64,000 bases of DNA from the NCBI GenBank assembly GCA_965233865.1, contig OZ247587.1, positions 480,001-544,000 of the forward strand. Direction: 5' to 3'. The translations under genes and the position numbers were made by a program. The first letter of the stretch is position 1. Every line of letters starts with the position of its first letter. Under the pieces are notes generated by a model that had not been told where the DNA came from, did no database searches, and saw nothing but the letters and a program-made list of their open reading frames with translations. Source of the DNA: Candidatus Neptunichlamydia sp. Its GTDB lineage: Bacteria > Chlamydiota > Chlamydiia > Chlamydiales > Simkaniaceae. Of the stretch, positions 8,872 through 20,486 are shown piece by piece.

Positions 8872-10386
8872 ATGAAGACCATTTCTGAAAAGAAAAGAAA
8901 ACGCCTCATTCTCCTTGCGATGACAAGCTCCACCTCACTCATCTTCTTGAATGCTACGCTCCTTCCTGTGGCATTGCCAACGATTCAGAGGGAACTTTTG
9001 GTTTCCATGAGTGGATTACAATGGATTATTAACGCTTATCTTTTGGCAACGGCGGTTTTTGTCATTGCAGGGGGGCGCTTAGGGGATCTTTTGGGCCATA
9101 GGCGCATGTTCTGTATTGGTGTTGCAATCTACTCAATTTCATCGGTGATGGGAGCAATGGCAGAAACAGGATGGTGGCTTATTATGAGCCGAGCAATTCA
9201 AGGGACGGGGGGCGCGCTGATGTCCCCTGCTGGAATGTCTATTCTCATTCATTCGTTTTCTGAAAAGGAACGGGGGAAAGCCATTGGAATTATGGTGGGA
9301 ATTGGCTCTTTATTCCTCTCTTTGGGCCCTTTTATTGGTGGGGCTTTTACTCAATATCTTTCCTGGAGGTGGGCATTTTTGATCAACCCCCTAGTTGCTC
9401 TTTATGGGATTCTGATGGTTATAAAATCTGTTCCAAAATCTGAAACGATAAAGGAGAGCTTTGATTTTCCAGGGTTTATTTCTCTTTCTCTTTCCATTTC
9501 CTGTTTAACGCTTGCTTTGATGCAAGGGAAGGTTTGGGGGTGGGGCTCCTGGCAAGTGGTTTTCCTCTTCCTTCTTGCGGTGTGCTTTCTCTTAGCTGTT
9601 CGAGGGTTGGAGCGGTTTGCAAAACATCCATTTTTTCAATTTAGCCTCTTCAAAAACCGTACTTTTTTAGGTGGCTGTATTTTAATGCTTTGTTCTCAGT
9701 TCATTCTGATGATTACCGTATTTTGGCCCATATATTTTCAGAAGATTGTAATGGACTCTCCTATGGTTGTGGGGCTTATCACGGCAATTGCAACCATCCC
9801 TCTGATGCTGTTTGCTCCAATTGGTGGAAATCTTGCGGACCGCAAGGGAGCGCGTCTTCCGCTGCTTGTGGGCTTTACGCTCCTTTTTTTCAGTCTTATA
9901 TGGTTTGCTTACTTCCTATCGTATCAAAATATTTCCCTCCTTTTTCCCGCACTGTTTGCCTTTGGAGCAGGGATTTCTTTTGTGATGGCTCCAGCAAGTG
10001 CTGCAACCCTTAACGCTGTTCCAAAAATGAAAACAGGGGTTGCTACGGGGATGTATAATATGCTCCGTTTCACGGGAGCGACAGTTGGGGTAGCTGTTCT
10101 AGGAGCAGTTCAGGTCAATGTTCAAGATAATCTGTTTAGTTCCTCCTTAAAAAATCGTCCTGATACGGCTTCTTTAAACCCTGATCTTTATGAAGGACTC
10201 TTAAATAGATTACCCGGTTCGCTAGAATCATCAAGAAGCATTAATTCTGAGACTTTTGCCTATGTTAAAGGGTCTCTGATCAAAGCTTCCATAGTCGCTT
10301 TTTCTGCAATGAACCTTGTGACTGCCGCCGCGGCTGTTCTTTCCTTTTTTATCACCCTGGTTTTTTTTAAAAAAGCAAAAAGGTAA
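8872..10386 (+). CDS. MFS efflux transporter, DHA2 (EmrB/QacA) family
   Basis: About 14 hydrophobic segments; VALPTIQREL, WIINAYLL, GGRLGDLLGHRR, GPFIGG, WRWAFLIN. Confidence 0.92.
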   Translation: MKTISEKKRKRLILLAMTSSTSLIFLNATLLPVALPTIQRELLVSMSGLQWIINAYLLATAVFVIAGGRLGDLLGHRRMFCIGVAIYSISSVMGAMAETGWWLIMSRAIQGTGGALMSPAGMSILIHSFSEKERGKAIGIMVGIGSLFLSLGPFIGGAFTQYLSWRWAFLINPLVALYGILMVIKSVPKSETIKESFDFPGFISLSLSISCLTLALMQGKVWGWGSWQVVFLFLLAVCFLLAVRGLERFAKHPFFQFSLFKNRTFLGGCILMLCSQFILMITVFWPIYFQKIVMDSPMVVGLITAIATIPLMLFAPIGGNLADRKGARLPLLVGFTLLFFSLIWFAYFLSYQNISLLFPALFAFGAGISFVMAPASAATLNAVPKMKTGVATGMYNMLRFTGATVGVAVLGAVQVNVQDNLFSSSLKNRPDTASLNPDLYEGLLNRLPGSLESSRSINSETFAYVKGSLIKASIVAFSAMNLVTAAAAVLSFFITLVFFKKAKR

Positions 10387-10399
10387 GAAGAAGATAGAG

Positions 10400-11224
10400 G
10401 TGATTATGAAAAGGCTTTTAGGATTTTTTGTTTTTTTTGCAGCAGCACTTTATGGCATTAATGAAGTAAGGGTTGTTCCTACTGTTTCAACTCCAGAACT
10501 CAATACTGTAGCTACGAAAATCGTATTTCCCCGTCCTTATGAGAATAAAAGGAAAACCCCTGTTAATGTGCAGCTTAGAGTGGAAGGGTTTCCTTTAGGA
10601 GTGATCACTCAGAATGATCTTTTTAAAGAGATTTATGACGATCCTGAAGGGCAAGCGATTCATGTCATTATTGATAATGAGCCTTATCTTGTCTATAACC
10701 AGTCCTTTGAAGATTCTTTCGATGGAAATCGGGAATTTCATGATAAAATTGTGAGTTTTCACATTCCATTTACGCTTAAGCCTGGGATGCATGTTTTGCG
10801 GGTATTCCCTGCTCGTTCTTATGGGGAGAGTCTGAAAGGAAAAGGTCTTTTTTCGGCTGAGATTTTCTATTTTCAAGATCGCAAGAAAAGTGATGACCTT
10901 AATATAGATCTCCAAAACCCCTACCTTACTTATAATGAGCCGCAAGGAAGATACCCTTCTGGCAAGGGAGATCCTATTCTTCTCGATTTCCTCCTCTCTA
11001 ACTGTGAGTTAAGCCAGGATGGATACAAAGTGCGACTTACAGTTGATAAAGAGGTTATTTCAACACTCACAAAATATACTCCTTATTTAATTTATGGCTT
11101 AAGCCCAGGAAAACATATCGTTAAGCTCGAACTTCTTGATAAAGATAACAAGATCGTTCCCGGTTTTTTTAATGTGACGCAGCGGGAAGTGGAGATTGAT
11201 AATAATCTTTCTGACGCCTCATAA
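10400..11224 (+). CDS. Conserved secreted hypothetical protein with two beta-sandwich-like repeats
   Basis: Signal peptide; repeated LxPGxHxLR/K motif (LKPGMHVLR, LSPGKHIVK). Confidence 0.6.
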   Translation: MIMKRLLGFFVFFAAALYGINEVRVVPTVSTPELNTVATKIVFPRPYENKRKTPVNVQLRVEGFPLGVITQNDLFKEIYDDPEGQAIHVIIDNEPYLVYNQSFEDSFDGNREFHDKIVSFHIPFTLKPGMHVLRVFPARSYGESLKGKGLFSAEIFYFQDRKKSDDLNIDLQNPYLTYNEPQGRYPSGKGDPILLDFLLSNCELSQDGYKVRLTVDKEVISTLTKYTPYLIYGLSPGKHIVKLELLDKDNKIVPGFFNVTQREVEIDNNLSDAS

Positions 11225-11244
11225 TAAAGTTATAGGAGGGCGTT

Positions 11245-13404
11245 GTGGCAAAGAAGAAGAAAGATCAAGAAATGTCCATCATGGACGCGGTCGACAATCT
11301 CTCAGGAATGGCAGAGCTCGATATAACCGCACCAAAAGAGAGTGAAGCCCTCGGTGTTAAGAAAAATCTCCACAAACTTAAAGAGTTAGAAAAAACAGAG
11401 AAGGAAGAAACCCTCTCGACCATCAAAGGGACTTTCAAAACAGTCCACAAATACCTTGAACACGTTTATTACAAAGACAAAGAGCAGCTGAAAGACCGCG
11501 ACATGCAACGGGGAATTAAAGCGATCATGGTTTTGGCTGATGAAGCTGCTGATAAGCTAGATAAGTGCACCTCTCTTTTTAAGCATACCTATGAAGAGGG
11601 CAAGATCTCTGAGATCAAGGAGTACAGAGACCTCCGCAATTTCTACAGTAAAAAGATCCTAAAACGTTTTGAAGAAGTTCTAGCGACAGAAGCTGCCTGG
11701 CAGGAAGAGTGGGCATCCGAAGATGAGAAGATTAATATCGAGCGCCAGGGTCTCAAAGATTTAGAGATGGTTAAAAGGGATAAGAAGTACGAACTCTTCT
11801 ATATCCGCAAGGATGATGGGAAGCCGTTCTTTAACCGGAATCTTTTGCGGCACATTAAGCTTGTGAGTGACTTCGATGAGGTGATCATGGAATTTGAAGG
11901 GGAAGACCCCCTTCTTCGCATCAATATTCTTCTTGATCATGAAGCTCAAGTTGTTGCGGAAGAAATTCTAGATATCGCAAAAAATGAGCTTGGCAATTTT
12001 TATGCTGATGCTTTTCACCACAAAGAAATTCAGATTGTTGGAGATATGATCAAAATGACCATATCTCTCATGCTTGCTTGTAACCCTCAAAATCTTAATG
12101 AAAACACCATGGGGAAGGTTTGCACTCGTTATCTGAAGGACTTCCACAAATTTTTAAGAGAGATTCTTGTTTCGCCTGATTACCTGCGCCTGATTAACCA
12201 TGCTGTTGAAGAGACAGATCAACTTTCCCGTGCACTTGTTAATCTTGTTCATGCCTTTTCCTTTGCCTTCTTTTGCCATAGTGGAAAGAAACAAGAGATG
12301 CTCGATTTTATGAATGACCTGCTTAAACGCTCCAATGATGGAGAACTTCCTATCAGAAAAGATAAGATTGATACTAACGTCTTTTTGAGTGAAGTTTATG
12401 ACCGTCATGACAGTATCACCGGGATGCTTAAAAAATACCCAAGTGGTCCTCTTTTTAAAACACTTGACATCTTCCAAGAAAGAAATGAAAGGGAAGGATT
12501 CGATCCAATCGATCAAGGAAACCCTCCTTACTACCTTTATACTTTTTCGAGCAGCAACTTTGATTCAAAGTGTCTTAAAATGCCTTGCCCAACTCTCCAT
12601 GCCCATATTAATAAAGCAGAAATTATCGATGAGTTTAAAGGATTTCTACGCTACTTTGAAACAAAGAAGGGGCTTGAAAGACACCTTCACATCAACCTTC
12701 AAGACCGCACTTCATGGGAAGAGCATGCTAGGTGCCAGGCCTTAGAAAAACTTCAAAATCAAGCCGAATTCTCAGAGCAACTGATTCTCGTCACCTTTTC
12801 TAAGAAGAGTGACTTCTACTTTCAGGCCGAAGATTATCTCAATGTCGATACTGCTAAAGATTTTCTAAAGTTATTAGAAGAGCAGGTGAAAAGTGGGGAA
12901 GAGTGCGGCTTCTTTTTCTCTAAACACCTACCCAAGAAAGAGCTTCACGATTTTGTAAAAAAAATTCTTCCAATCCTTCACACGTATTTCTTTAATAAAA
13001 TGGTGAAACTCAAGAGAAAAGAACGGCTGGATTTCATTGAAATTTTCTATCAATTCTTCACCCTGAAAATCCTTGAGCTCTCAAGACCCGATACCTTCAC
13101 CTTTTCATGTAAGGATGGAGTGGATGTGGGTTCTACAGCGAGTGCGGCGTTCTTCACTCTCGTGAAGCTGCTTGGGAAAGAGGATAAGTGGTCTCAAGAA
13201 GAGCAAGACCAACTCTATTGGATCCTCTGTGGTCCAGCACTTACCGTTCGTGAGCGCCTTGTAGATTATCAGAGATTTAGCCGGATGGCGAGCAGCCTTA
13301 GCATCACTGCGCAGATCCTTGCTAAAGACCACGATAAAATTATTAAGACACTTCAGCCTCTTTATAGCACAAAGTTATTCCAGAATCTCAAAAATGAATA
13401 CTAG
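11245..13404 (+). CDS. Large helical hypothetical protein (chlamydial type)
   Basis: 719-aa ORF with RBS AGGAGG before GTG; stop codon coincides with an IS end. Confidence 0.75.
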   Translation: MAKKKKDQEMSIMDAVDNLSGMAELDITAPKESEALGVKKNLHKLKELEKTEKEETLSTIKGTFKTVHKYLEHVYYKDKEQLKDRDMQRGIKAIMVLADEAADKLDKCTSLFKHTYEEGKISEIKEYRDLRNFYSKKILKRFEEVLATEAAWQEEWASEDEKINIERQGLKDLEMVKRDKKYELFYIRKDDGKPFFNRNLLRHIKLVSDFDEVIMEFEGEDPLLRINILLDHEAQVVAEEILDIAKNELGNFYADAFHHKEIQIVGDMIKMTISLMLACNPQNLNENTMGKVCTRYLKDFHKFLREILVSPDYLRLINHAVEETDQLSRALVNLVHAFSFAFFCHSGKKQEMLDFMNDLLKRSNDGELPIRKDKIDTNVFLSEVYDRHDSITGMLKKYPSGPLFKTLDIFQERNEREGFDPIDQGNPPYYLYTFSSSNFDSKCLKMPCPTLHAHINKAEIIDEFKGFLRYFETKKGLERHLHINLQDRTSWEEHARCQALEKLQNQAEFSEQLILVTFSKKSDFYFQAEDYLNVDTAKDFLKLLEEQVKSGEECGFFFSKHLPKKELHDFVKKILPILHTYFFNKMVKLKRKERLDFIEIFYQFFTLKILELSRPDTFTFSCKDGVDVGSTASAAFFTLVKLLGKEDKWSQEEQDQLYWILCGPALTVRERLVDYQRFSRMASSLSITAQILAKDHDKIIKTLQPLYSTKLFQNLKNEY

Positions 13405-13576
13405 GTTTTGTTGAGGAATTTTTATAAATAGTGTAGGTTGTTTCCTTAAACAAGGAGATCTACATATCAAGCCAGCACAGAATAAGTGATCCGATTTGGT
13501 CAAGAATTTATGAATATTTGACCGATTACCCTAAAATACACACAAACAATGAAGAAAAAATACGCCCCTTTGTAGA
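13404..13576 (+). mobile_element. 5' remnant of an IS5-family element, cut by the Tn3 insertion
   Basis: Left end GGTTTTGTTGAGGAATTT and coding remnant (..YEYLTDYPKIHTNNEEKIRPFVE) match the IS at 52471; its ATG has mutated to ATA. Confidence 0.85.
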
Positions 13577-13927
13577 GGGGTCTGAAGCCCAACCGTACGG
13601 AAATGTACGCTAAGGACTTAAAATTTCAACTTAAGTAATTGATTTTTAAACAATTTTTATCAAAAGTTTTTTTTACACACTTGTCCATTACACACATAAT
13701 ATATTTATTATCAAATCTTTAAGTATAAAACTTGAGCTCAATTTGCATTATTATTTAACAAGTTGCTTTAAATAAAATAGTTAAGTAATTAATAGTTAAT
13801 TAAATTTATTTAGTTAACTTTTTATTAAAAAAATGTTATAATTTTATTAAACTTTAAATAAAAAACCAAGGTTAATAATACGAGTATTATATCAATTTTT
13901 GGAAATATTCTTAGATGTCTATCCTCC

Positions 13928-15127
13928 ATGGGTTCTGGTATATCCGGTCAAATTAGTAAAAAAGCTCTTATAATTCCAGCAGCCAATAGTAAAGTTAGCC
14001 AAGGAATCATATCTAGAGCTCTTGAAGAAGGGCAACAAGTCTTTGCTATGACGGGAAGCCTTCAAAAGTCAAGAGAAATATATGGGAGACACATGGATCA
14101 CCCTCGCTTGCAAATTGTTCCAGTGGATCATGCTGATTATGCTGATCTTCTGTGTATATCATCGCTTGTCAGAAAGGCAATGGATGGACATACATTCGAT
14201 CATTTAGGAATTATTAATACTTTAGGAGGAACAAGATCTTTAATAGGGACTCCAGACTCCGAAGAGACGATTGTTCACAAAAACGTTACACAACCAAGAG
14301 GGTTTGTAGTGGGTGCTTTAGAAGGTTCTGATGGTCTTGTTGGGGAGGTAGGGGTAGTTCATATTTCATCTATTGCCGCTTCGATATCAGACCGTGATCA
14401 GTGTACATATGCAAGGGTCCGTGCTAAAGGAGAAGAGGCTATTACAAATGCAACTGAAGATAAGGTTAAATCTTTAACCCATCTAAGAGTAGGACTTGTT
14501 CAACCACATATGCACCGAGATCAATTAGGAAGGCTCGTTCTAGATAGTGGTCATAACCACTCTGCAGAGCACTGGAAAGACCGCTCTATTGTGATGGTTG
14601 GAGGTAAAGATGATAAACCTGTGCAACAACCAGTTTCTCTTCAGTGTGTTGCAAAAGGAGCTCTTGCCGCAACTTCTCGTGATTTTGGGCCTGATCTGTG
14701 GGTTGTTAATGGAGTAAGCAAACAAAAAATGACACAACGTGAATATCTGACATATTTTACAAGTGGTAAGAAAGTCGTTTGTGTTCATGTTCCGCTAAAG
14801 GTTTTACGTGCAATGACAGGGCTTGTTGCAGATGGCCGCTTGCAGCCCTATGCAGTTAGCATTCTTGAGGCGTTAGAAAAAGATCCTAAACTTTTAGACC
14901 CGGATGATTTTGAAAAGCTTCTTGGAGAGCCTGCAGAAACCCTAGATGAAATCTATTCAGGTTCTCAAACAGAATCGTTTTTGCATGATCATCCGCATTT
15001 ACTGCGTTATGTTGCTCAGCTAATAAAAGCAAGTGCTTTTCATCCTATAAGTGGAGCTCATCTTGCTGTTTCAGCATTTACAAGAGAATGGGGTTTATCC
15101 GTTATTGACAAAAGTCACTTGCAGTAA
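13928..15127 (+). CDS. Tn cargo: atypical/extended SDR (NAD(P)-binding Rossmann fold) protein
   Basis: KALII-PAANSKVS N-terminal strand-helix, VHISSIAA, YARVR in the YxxxK position, LRVGLV, QPV motifs. Confidence 0.65.
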   Translation: MGSGISGQISKKALIIPAANSKVSQGIISRALEEGQQVFAMTGSLQKSREIYGRHMDHPRLQIVPVDHADYADLLCISSLVRKAMDGHTFDHLGIINTLGGTRSLIGTPDSEETIVHKNVTQPRGFVVGALEGSDGLVGEVGVVHISSIAASISDRDQCTYARVRAKGEEAITNATEDKVKSLTHLRVGLVQPHMHRDQLGRLVLDSGHNHSAEHWKDRSIVMVGGKDDKPVQQPVSLQCVAKGALAATSRDFGPDLWVVNGVSKQKMTQREYLTYFTSGKKVVCVHVPLKVLRAMTGLVADGRLQPYAVSILEALEKDPKLLDPDDFEKLLGEPAETLDEIYSGSQTESFLHDHPHLLRYVAQLIKASAFHPISGAHLAVSAFTREWGLSVIDKSHLQ

Positions 15128-15136
15128 CCATCACAA

Positions 15137-15173
15137 ATGAGAAAGCAGCCGGTATATTCCTGTGCTTTCTCAT
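15137..15173. terminator. Hairpin between convergent cargo genes (probable bidirectional terminator)
   Basis: 11-bp stem ATGAGAAAGCA / TGCTTTCTCAT. Confidence 0.6.
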
Positions 15174-15189
15174 ATTTTACCTATCATGA

Positions 15190-15474
15190 TTACTGATCAT
15201 TGTTTTTTATGATGCGATCAATCTTTCTTCGAGTTTCTGCAGCATAAGCTTCTTTATAAATTTCTGCAGCTTTTGGATTCACAATTCCTTGAGGTCCTTT
15301 CCAAGAGGGATATTTAACAGTTTGAAGGTTTCCCCATTTCTGTAAAGTGGTGATGCTGAAATTAGAAATCCTATCCATTAATTGTAGGGGCTGGGATGTA
15401 TGCCCGAAGAACAGACGGTTTGATTGATAAAAACATTGCTTTCCAATAGTTTCTAAAATTGCTCTAATACTCAT
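15190..15474 (-). CDS. Tn cargo: 94-aa hypothetical protein
   Basis: Strong RBS AAAGGAGG upstream of ATG at 15474 (MSIRAILE...). Confidence 0.65.
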   Translation of the reverse strand: MSIRAILETIGKQCFYQSNRLFFGHTSQPLQLMDRISNFSITTLQKWGNLQTVKYPSWKGPQGIVNPKAAEIYKEAYAAETRRKIDRIIKNNDQ

Positions 15475-15556
15475 GTTGCCTCCTTTTGTTAGGATTAGAA
15501 GGCATAATAACAATTATCAAAATTAAGATCAAAAATTAATCGTTTAAATAAAATTT

Positions 15557-16222
<666 letters not shown>

Positions 16223-16226
16223 GCCA

Positions 16227-18864
16227 ATGCCAATCGATTTTTTAACAGTTGAGCAAAAAGCGGGATATGGACGCTTTTCTTGCAGGCCCAATGAAACACA
16301 ATTGGCTCGTTATTTTTTGCTCGATGAAAATGATAGGGATTTCATTTCGAGATGCCGTTGAGATTCGAGAAAGGTCTGCTAATCGTCTATGGTGTAGGCT
16401 GTCTTCTCTTCCGAGCACAGGACAGAAGGCCCAGCTTGAAACATTATTGCAGTTGAAAGAACGCCAGAAAATTTCTTATCTCGATCATTATCGCAAAGGG
16501 CCTGTGACTGTAAGCGGTCCTTCTTTTAATGGAGCCATAGAACGGTTTAAAAGTTTAAAATCTTTTGGAATCCAAGAGATCAATTTTTCTTATGTTCCTC
16601 CAGTAAGGTTAAAGGTTCTTGGGCGTTATGCCAGCATGGCATCAGCATACAAGATCTCTAGGATGTCTGATGAAAAACGGATTGCAACGCTTCTCGCTTT
16701 TACCAAAGCTTTTGAGATCATTGCTTTGGATGAGGCTCTTGATGTTTTAGATTTGCTGGTTACGGAGATAGCAGGGGAGGCAAAAAAGATTGGACAAAAG
16801 AAGCGTTTACGTACTCTGAAAGATCTTGATAGATCAGCACTTTCTCTAGCAGAAGCGTGTCACTGGGTATTAGATGATACTGTTCCAGATGAAAATCTGA
16901 GAAAAATGATATTTGCTTCTGTTCCTCGAGAAAAAATGGCGGATTCGGTAAAGACTGTGAATGACTTAGCTCGTCCCCCTGATGATGACTTTCATGATGA
17001 GCTTGTTGAACAATACGGACGTGTTCGAAGATTTTTGCCTCACTTACTGAATCACGTTGAATTTAAAGCTGCACCTGGAGGAAAGGCTGTTTTAGATGTG
17101 TTTGATTACCTAAAAAATATAGGAATCTTCCGTAAGCATTTTTTAGAAGATCCTCCTCTTGATATAGTCTCTCCTGCTTGGGAGCGACTCGTCATAGATC
17201 AAGATGGAAAAGTGAATAAAAAAGGGTATGTTCTCTGTTTTTTAGATCGGCTTCAAGATGCTCTTCGCAGAAGAGATATTTATGTCGAAGGTAGTGATCG
17301 ATGAGGAGATACCAGGGCAAAACTTCTTCAAGGATCTGAGTGGCAAGCAAACCGCATTCAGGTTTACAGATCTCTAGGACATCCCCTTAACCCAAAAGAA
17401 GCTGTTAATGGATTAGCAAGCCAGCTGGATGGAGCTTACAAGAATATCATTGCAAATTTTCAAACTAATGAAAAAGTTCGTGTTGATTATTCTTCTAAGC
17501 GACCTTCTTTGACAATCACCCACTTGGATAAAATAGATGAGCCTCCCAGCCTTAAAAAGCTTAAAGAAGAAGTCCAAGCTTTGCTTCCAAAGGTTGATCT
17601 CACAGAGCTTTTATTAGAGGTTCATACTCATACGGGGTTTGCTGATGAATTTACCCATGTTAGTGAGTCCAATGCTAAAGCCGACGATATTGCGGTTAGC
17701 ATTTGCGCTGTTCTGATGTCAGAGGCTTGTAATATTGGAATAGAACCGCTAGTAAAACATCACGTTCCCGCTCTCACAAGACACCGATTAAGTTGGGTGA
17801 AACAGAATTATCTTCGTGCTGAAACTCTCGTTAAGTCGAATGCAAGACTTGTTGATTACCAATCCACTCTTTCTCTCCCTAAAAAATGGGGAGGAGGGGA
17901 GGTCGCTTCAGCAGATGGAATACGTTTTGTTACACCGATTCGAACGATCAATGCAGGACTTAACAGAAAATATTTCGGCTCAAAAAAGGGGATCACTTGG
18001 TACAACTTCATCTCGGATCAATACTCAGGATTCCATGGAATTGTTGTTCCCGGGACTTTGAGAGATTCAATCTTTGTTCTGGAAGGTTTGTTAGAGCAAC
18101 AAACAGGGCTAAACCCTACAGAAATTATGACAGATACTTCTGGAGTAAGCGATCTGATCTTTGGGCTTTTTTGGCTTTTAGGATACCAGTTTTCTCCAAG
18201 GCTTGCCGATGCAGGAGAGGCTGTTTTCTGGAGAATAGATAAAAACGCAGATTATGGACCTCTAGACGAGATAGCGCGTAGCTGTGTCAATACTCGCCGA
18301 ATTGAAGAGCATTGGGATGACATGATGAGGATCGGTGGATCACTAAAGATAGGGACAGTTCAAGCCTCAGAACTCATTCGTTCCCTATTGAAAAGTGATA
18401 AGCCTTCAAGTTTAACTCAGGCGATTATTGATCTTGGAAGGATCAACAAGACCCTTTATCTCCTCAACTATATCGATGATGAAGACTATCGCCGCCGAAT
18501 ACTGAATCAGTTAAACAGAGGAGAAGGAAGGCACAGCATGGCTCGAGTCATCTGCCATGGTCAGAGAGGTGAAATTCGCAAGCGTTACCGCGAGGGTCAA
18601 GAAGATCAACTGGGAGCTCTCGGCTTAGTGATCAATGCGGCTGTCCTATGGAACACAATTTATATGGAGGAATCTTTGAAGCATTTGCAAGACGAATTCT
18701 TTGAGATCAGAGAAGAAGATGAAGCAAGGCTATCCCCTCTTGTTCATGAGCATATTAACGTTTTAGGTCATTACTCTTTTACACTGTCGGATAGTGTACT
18801 CAAGGGAGGGCTAAGACCGCTAAATAAAATGGGTGAATATGTTGAGAAAAACTTTCGAATGTAA
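16227..18864 (+). pseudogene. tnpA: Tn3 transposase, inactivated
   Basis: True start MPIDFLTVEQ at 16227; internal deletion plus frameshift near 16358; TGA at 17302-17304 where the WGDPR Trp is expected; C-terminal DDE region recognisable. Confidence 0.93.
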
Positions 18865-18957
18865 TTGTTTAAAGATTAATTACTTAAGTTGCAATTTTAG
18901 GTCCTTAGCGTACGTTTTCGGTCGGATGGGCTACGGACCCCTAAAAAGAGAAAAAAA

Positions 18958-19560
18958 ATGGCAAAAACAAGAAAAAAATATTCTGCCAAATTTAAGCTAA
19001 AGGTGGTGTTCGAAGTTTTAAAAGGAGAGAAAACAGCGGGAGAGCTTGCTGAGAAATTTGAAGTTCACCCTTTAGTTCCTGGAGGGTGGAAAAGGCACTT
19101 TAAAGCCACTGCAGTTCAAATTTTTGAGAAAAGCAATAAGCGTTTGATTAGCAAAGAAAAAGAGCAAGAAAAGGGAGGGTTATTTGAGCAAATTGGAAGG
19201 CTTAAAAAAGTACACGGCTTTGAGTTAGCTCTGAGAAAATCTCTTATAGATGCAGGTGATAGTGAGCTATCACAGAGAAAGCAATGCGAGCTTCTGGGAT
19301 TAAATAGATCAACCCTATACTACGTTGAAACTATTTCTAGGGAAGCAGACTTAGACTTAATAAAAACAATTGATAAAGAATACCTTAGAAACCCATTTTA
19401 TGGGAGACGTAGGATGACATTAGAAATGCGCGACCAAGCCTTTTTTGTTGGAGAAAAAAGAGTGAGAACTGCCATGAAAAGAATGGGATTGGAAGCGATT
19501 TATCCAAAGCCTAATTTGAGCAAGCCACATCAAGACCACAAGAAGTATCCATATCTAATG
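18958..19560 (+). mobile_element. IS3-family transposase fragment (orfA joined to 5' orfB, truncated)
   Basis: RKKYSAKFKLKVV...LFEQIGRL, LSQRKQCELLGLNRSTLYY, PFYGRRRM, HKKYPYL; no left IR, no integrase core. Confidence 0.85.
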
Positions 19561-19900
19561 AGGTCTGTAAAGTCAGGTTGATCCTTTTCGTAAGGTGATA
19601 TCATTACTATTTCAGAAAAAACATTTCCAATGTCATTTGAAATAACAACCCCTATTTTCCCGTAAAGAGCCCCTCTTTTGGATAGCTGAATTAGACTAGC
19701 CTCAGACCTCTTAGTAGAAAATTTTGGATATTTTATCCTTTGCTTACCCGCAAACTTTCCGTGTGCTGTTTATTTCTTTGTGGGCAATATTTTTTAATCA
19801 ATTCATATAAAAACACTTATGGAAAGCACAGAGAGCAACCAAATTCAAATCTTTTTTGAAGGTTCGAGATAGGAAAGAAAGCGGAAGATCTCTAAGAGGG

Positions 19901-20461
19901 TTAGTTTAGATCGAGATTTTCTGGTATGAGGGAGAGGGTTTTGTATTTCCCTCCCATTTCCCGAAGGAGGGTTTGCCAAAGGGTTTCAGGAGGCGTTTGA
20001 AAGAGGTACTTGCTTTTGGCAGGGCATAGGTACCAAGCACCATTGAGGAACTCCCGTTCTAGGACACCTGAGTCCCATCCTCCATAGCCAAAACAAACGA
20101 GGGTAAGGGGGGAGTCTCTTTCCTCTTCTTGAAGCATTTCCATATCTCCATTTAAATAAATGCCAGCGCTAACTTGAAGGCTTGTCTCATCTTCATATCC
20201 TTGGTTTTGAAGGAGCATGATCTGATTGGGTTGATTGGGGCCACCAGCGCGCATTTCGACAGGACCTTCTCCATTGCTGATTCCAAGAAAATCATCCTCT
20301 ACTTCAATGTCTAGGGGTTTATTGATAATGAGACCGAAGGATCCTACAGCGCTATGATCACACAAAAGGACTACACTGCGGTAAAAGCTTCCACTTTCAA
20401 CATCTGGGCTGGCAATAAGAAAAGTTCCCTTCTTAAGCTTTGAGTAAGGTATGTTCTTCAT
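19901..20461 (-). CDS. YqgE/AlgH (UPF0301) family protein
   Basis: FLIASP, FYRSVVLLCDH, FGLIINKP, GGP, GYGGW...LERE...W. Confidence 0.9.
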   Translation of the reverse strand: MKNIPYSKLKKGTFLIASPDVESGSFYRSVVLLCDHSAVGSFGLIINKPLDIEVEDDFLGISNGEGPVEMRAGGPNQPNQIMLLQNQGYEDETSLQVSAGIYLNGDMEMLQEEERDSPLTLVCFGYGGWDSGVLEREFLNGAWYLCPAKSKYLFQTPPETLWQTLLREMGGKYKTLSLIPENLDLN

Positions 20462-20486
20462 AACTTACCCATAGCAGAGAAGTCTA

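Noticed and set aside
16249..17304. ORF-track start MSKKRD... as an intact protein
   Set aside because: Its N-terminus is an off-frame artefact; the true TnpA start is at 16227 in another frame
17302..17304. TGA read as Trp (alternative genetic code)
   Set aside because: TGA ends many normal genes here and Trp is otherwise TGG; this is a nonsense mutation
19560..19710. GAGGTCTG...CAGACCTC as MITE ends
   Set aside because: Only 8 bp, no target duplication, no second copy in the window
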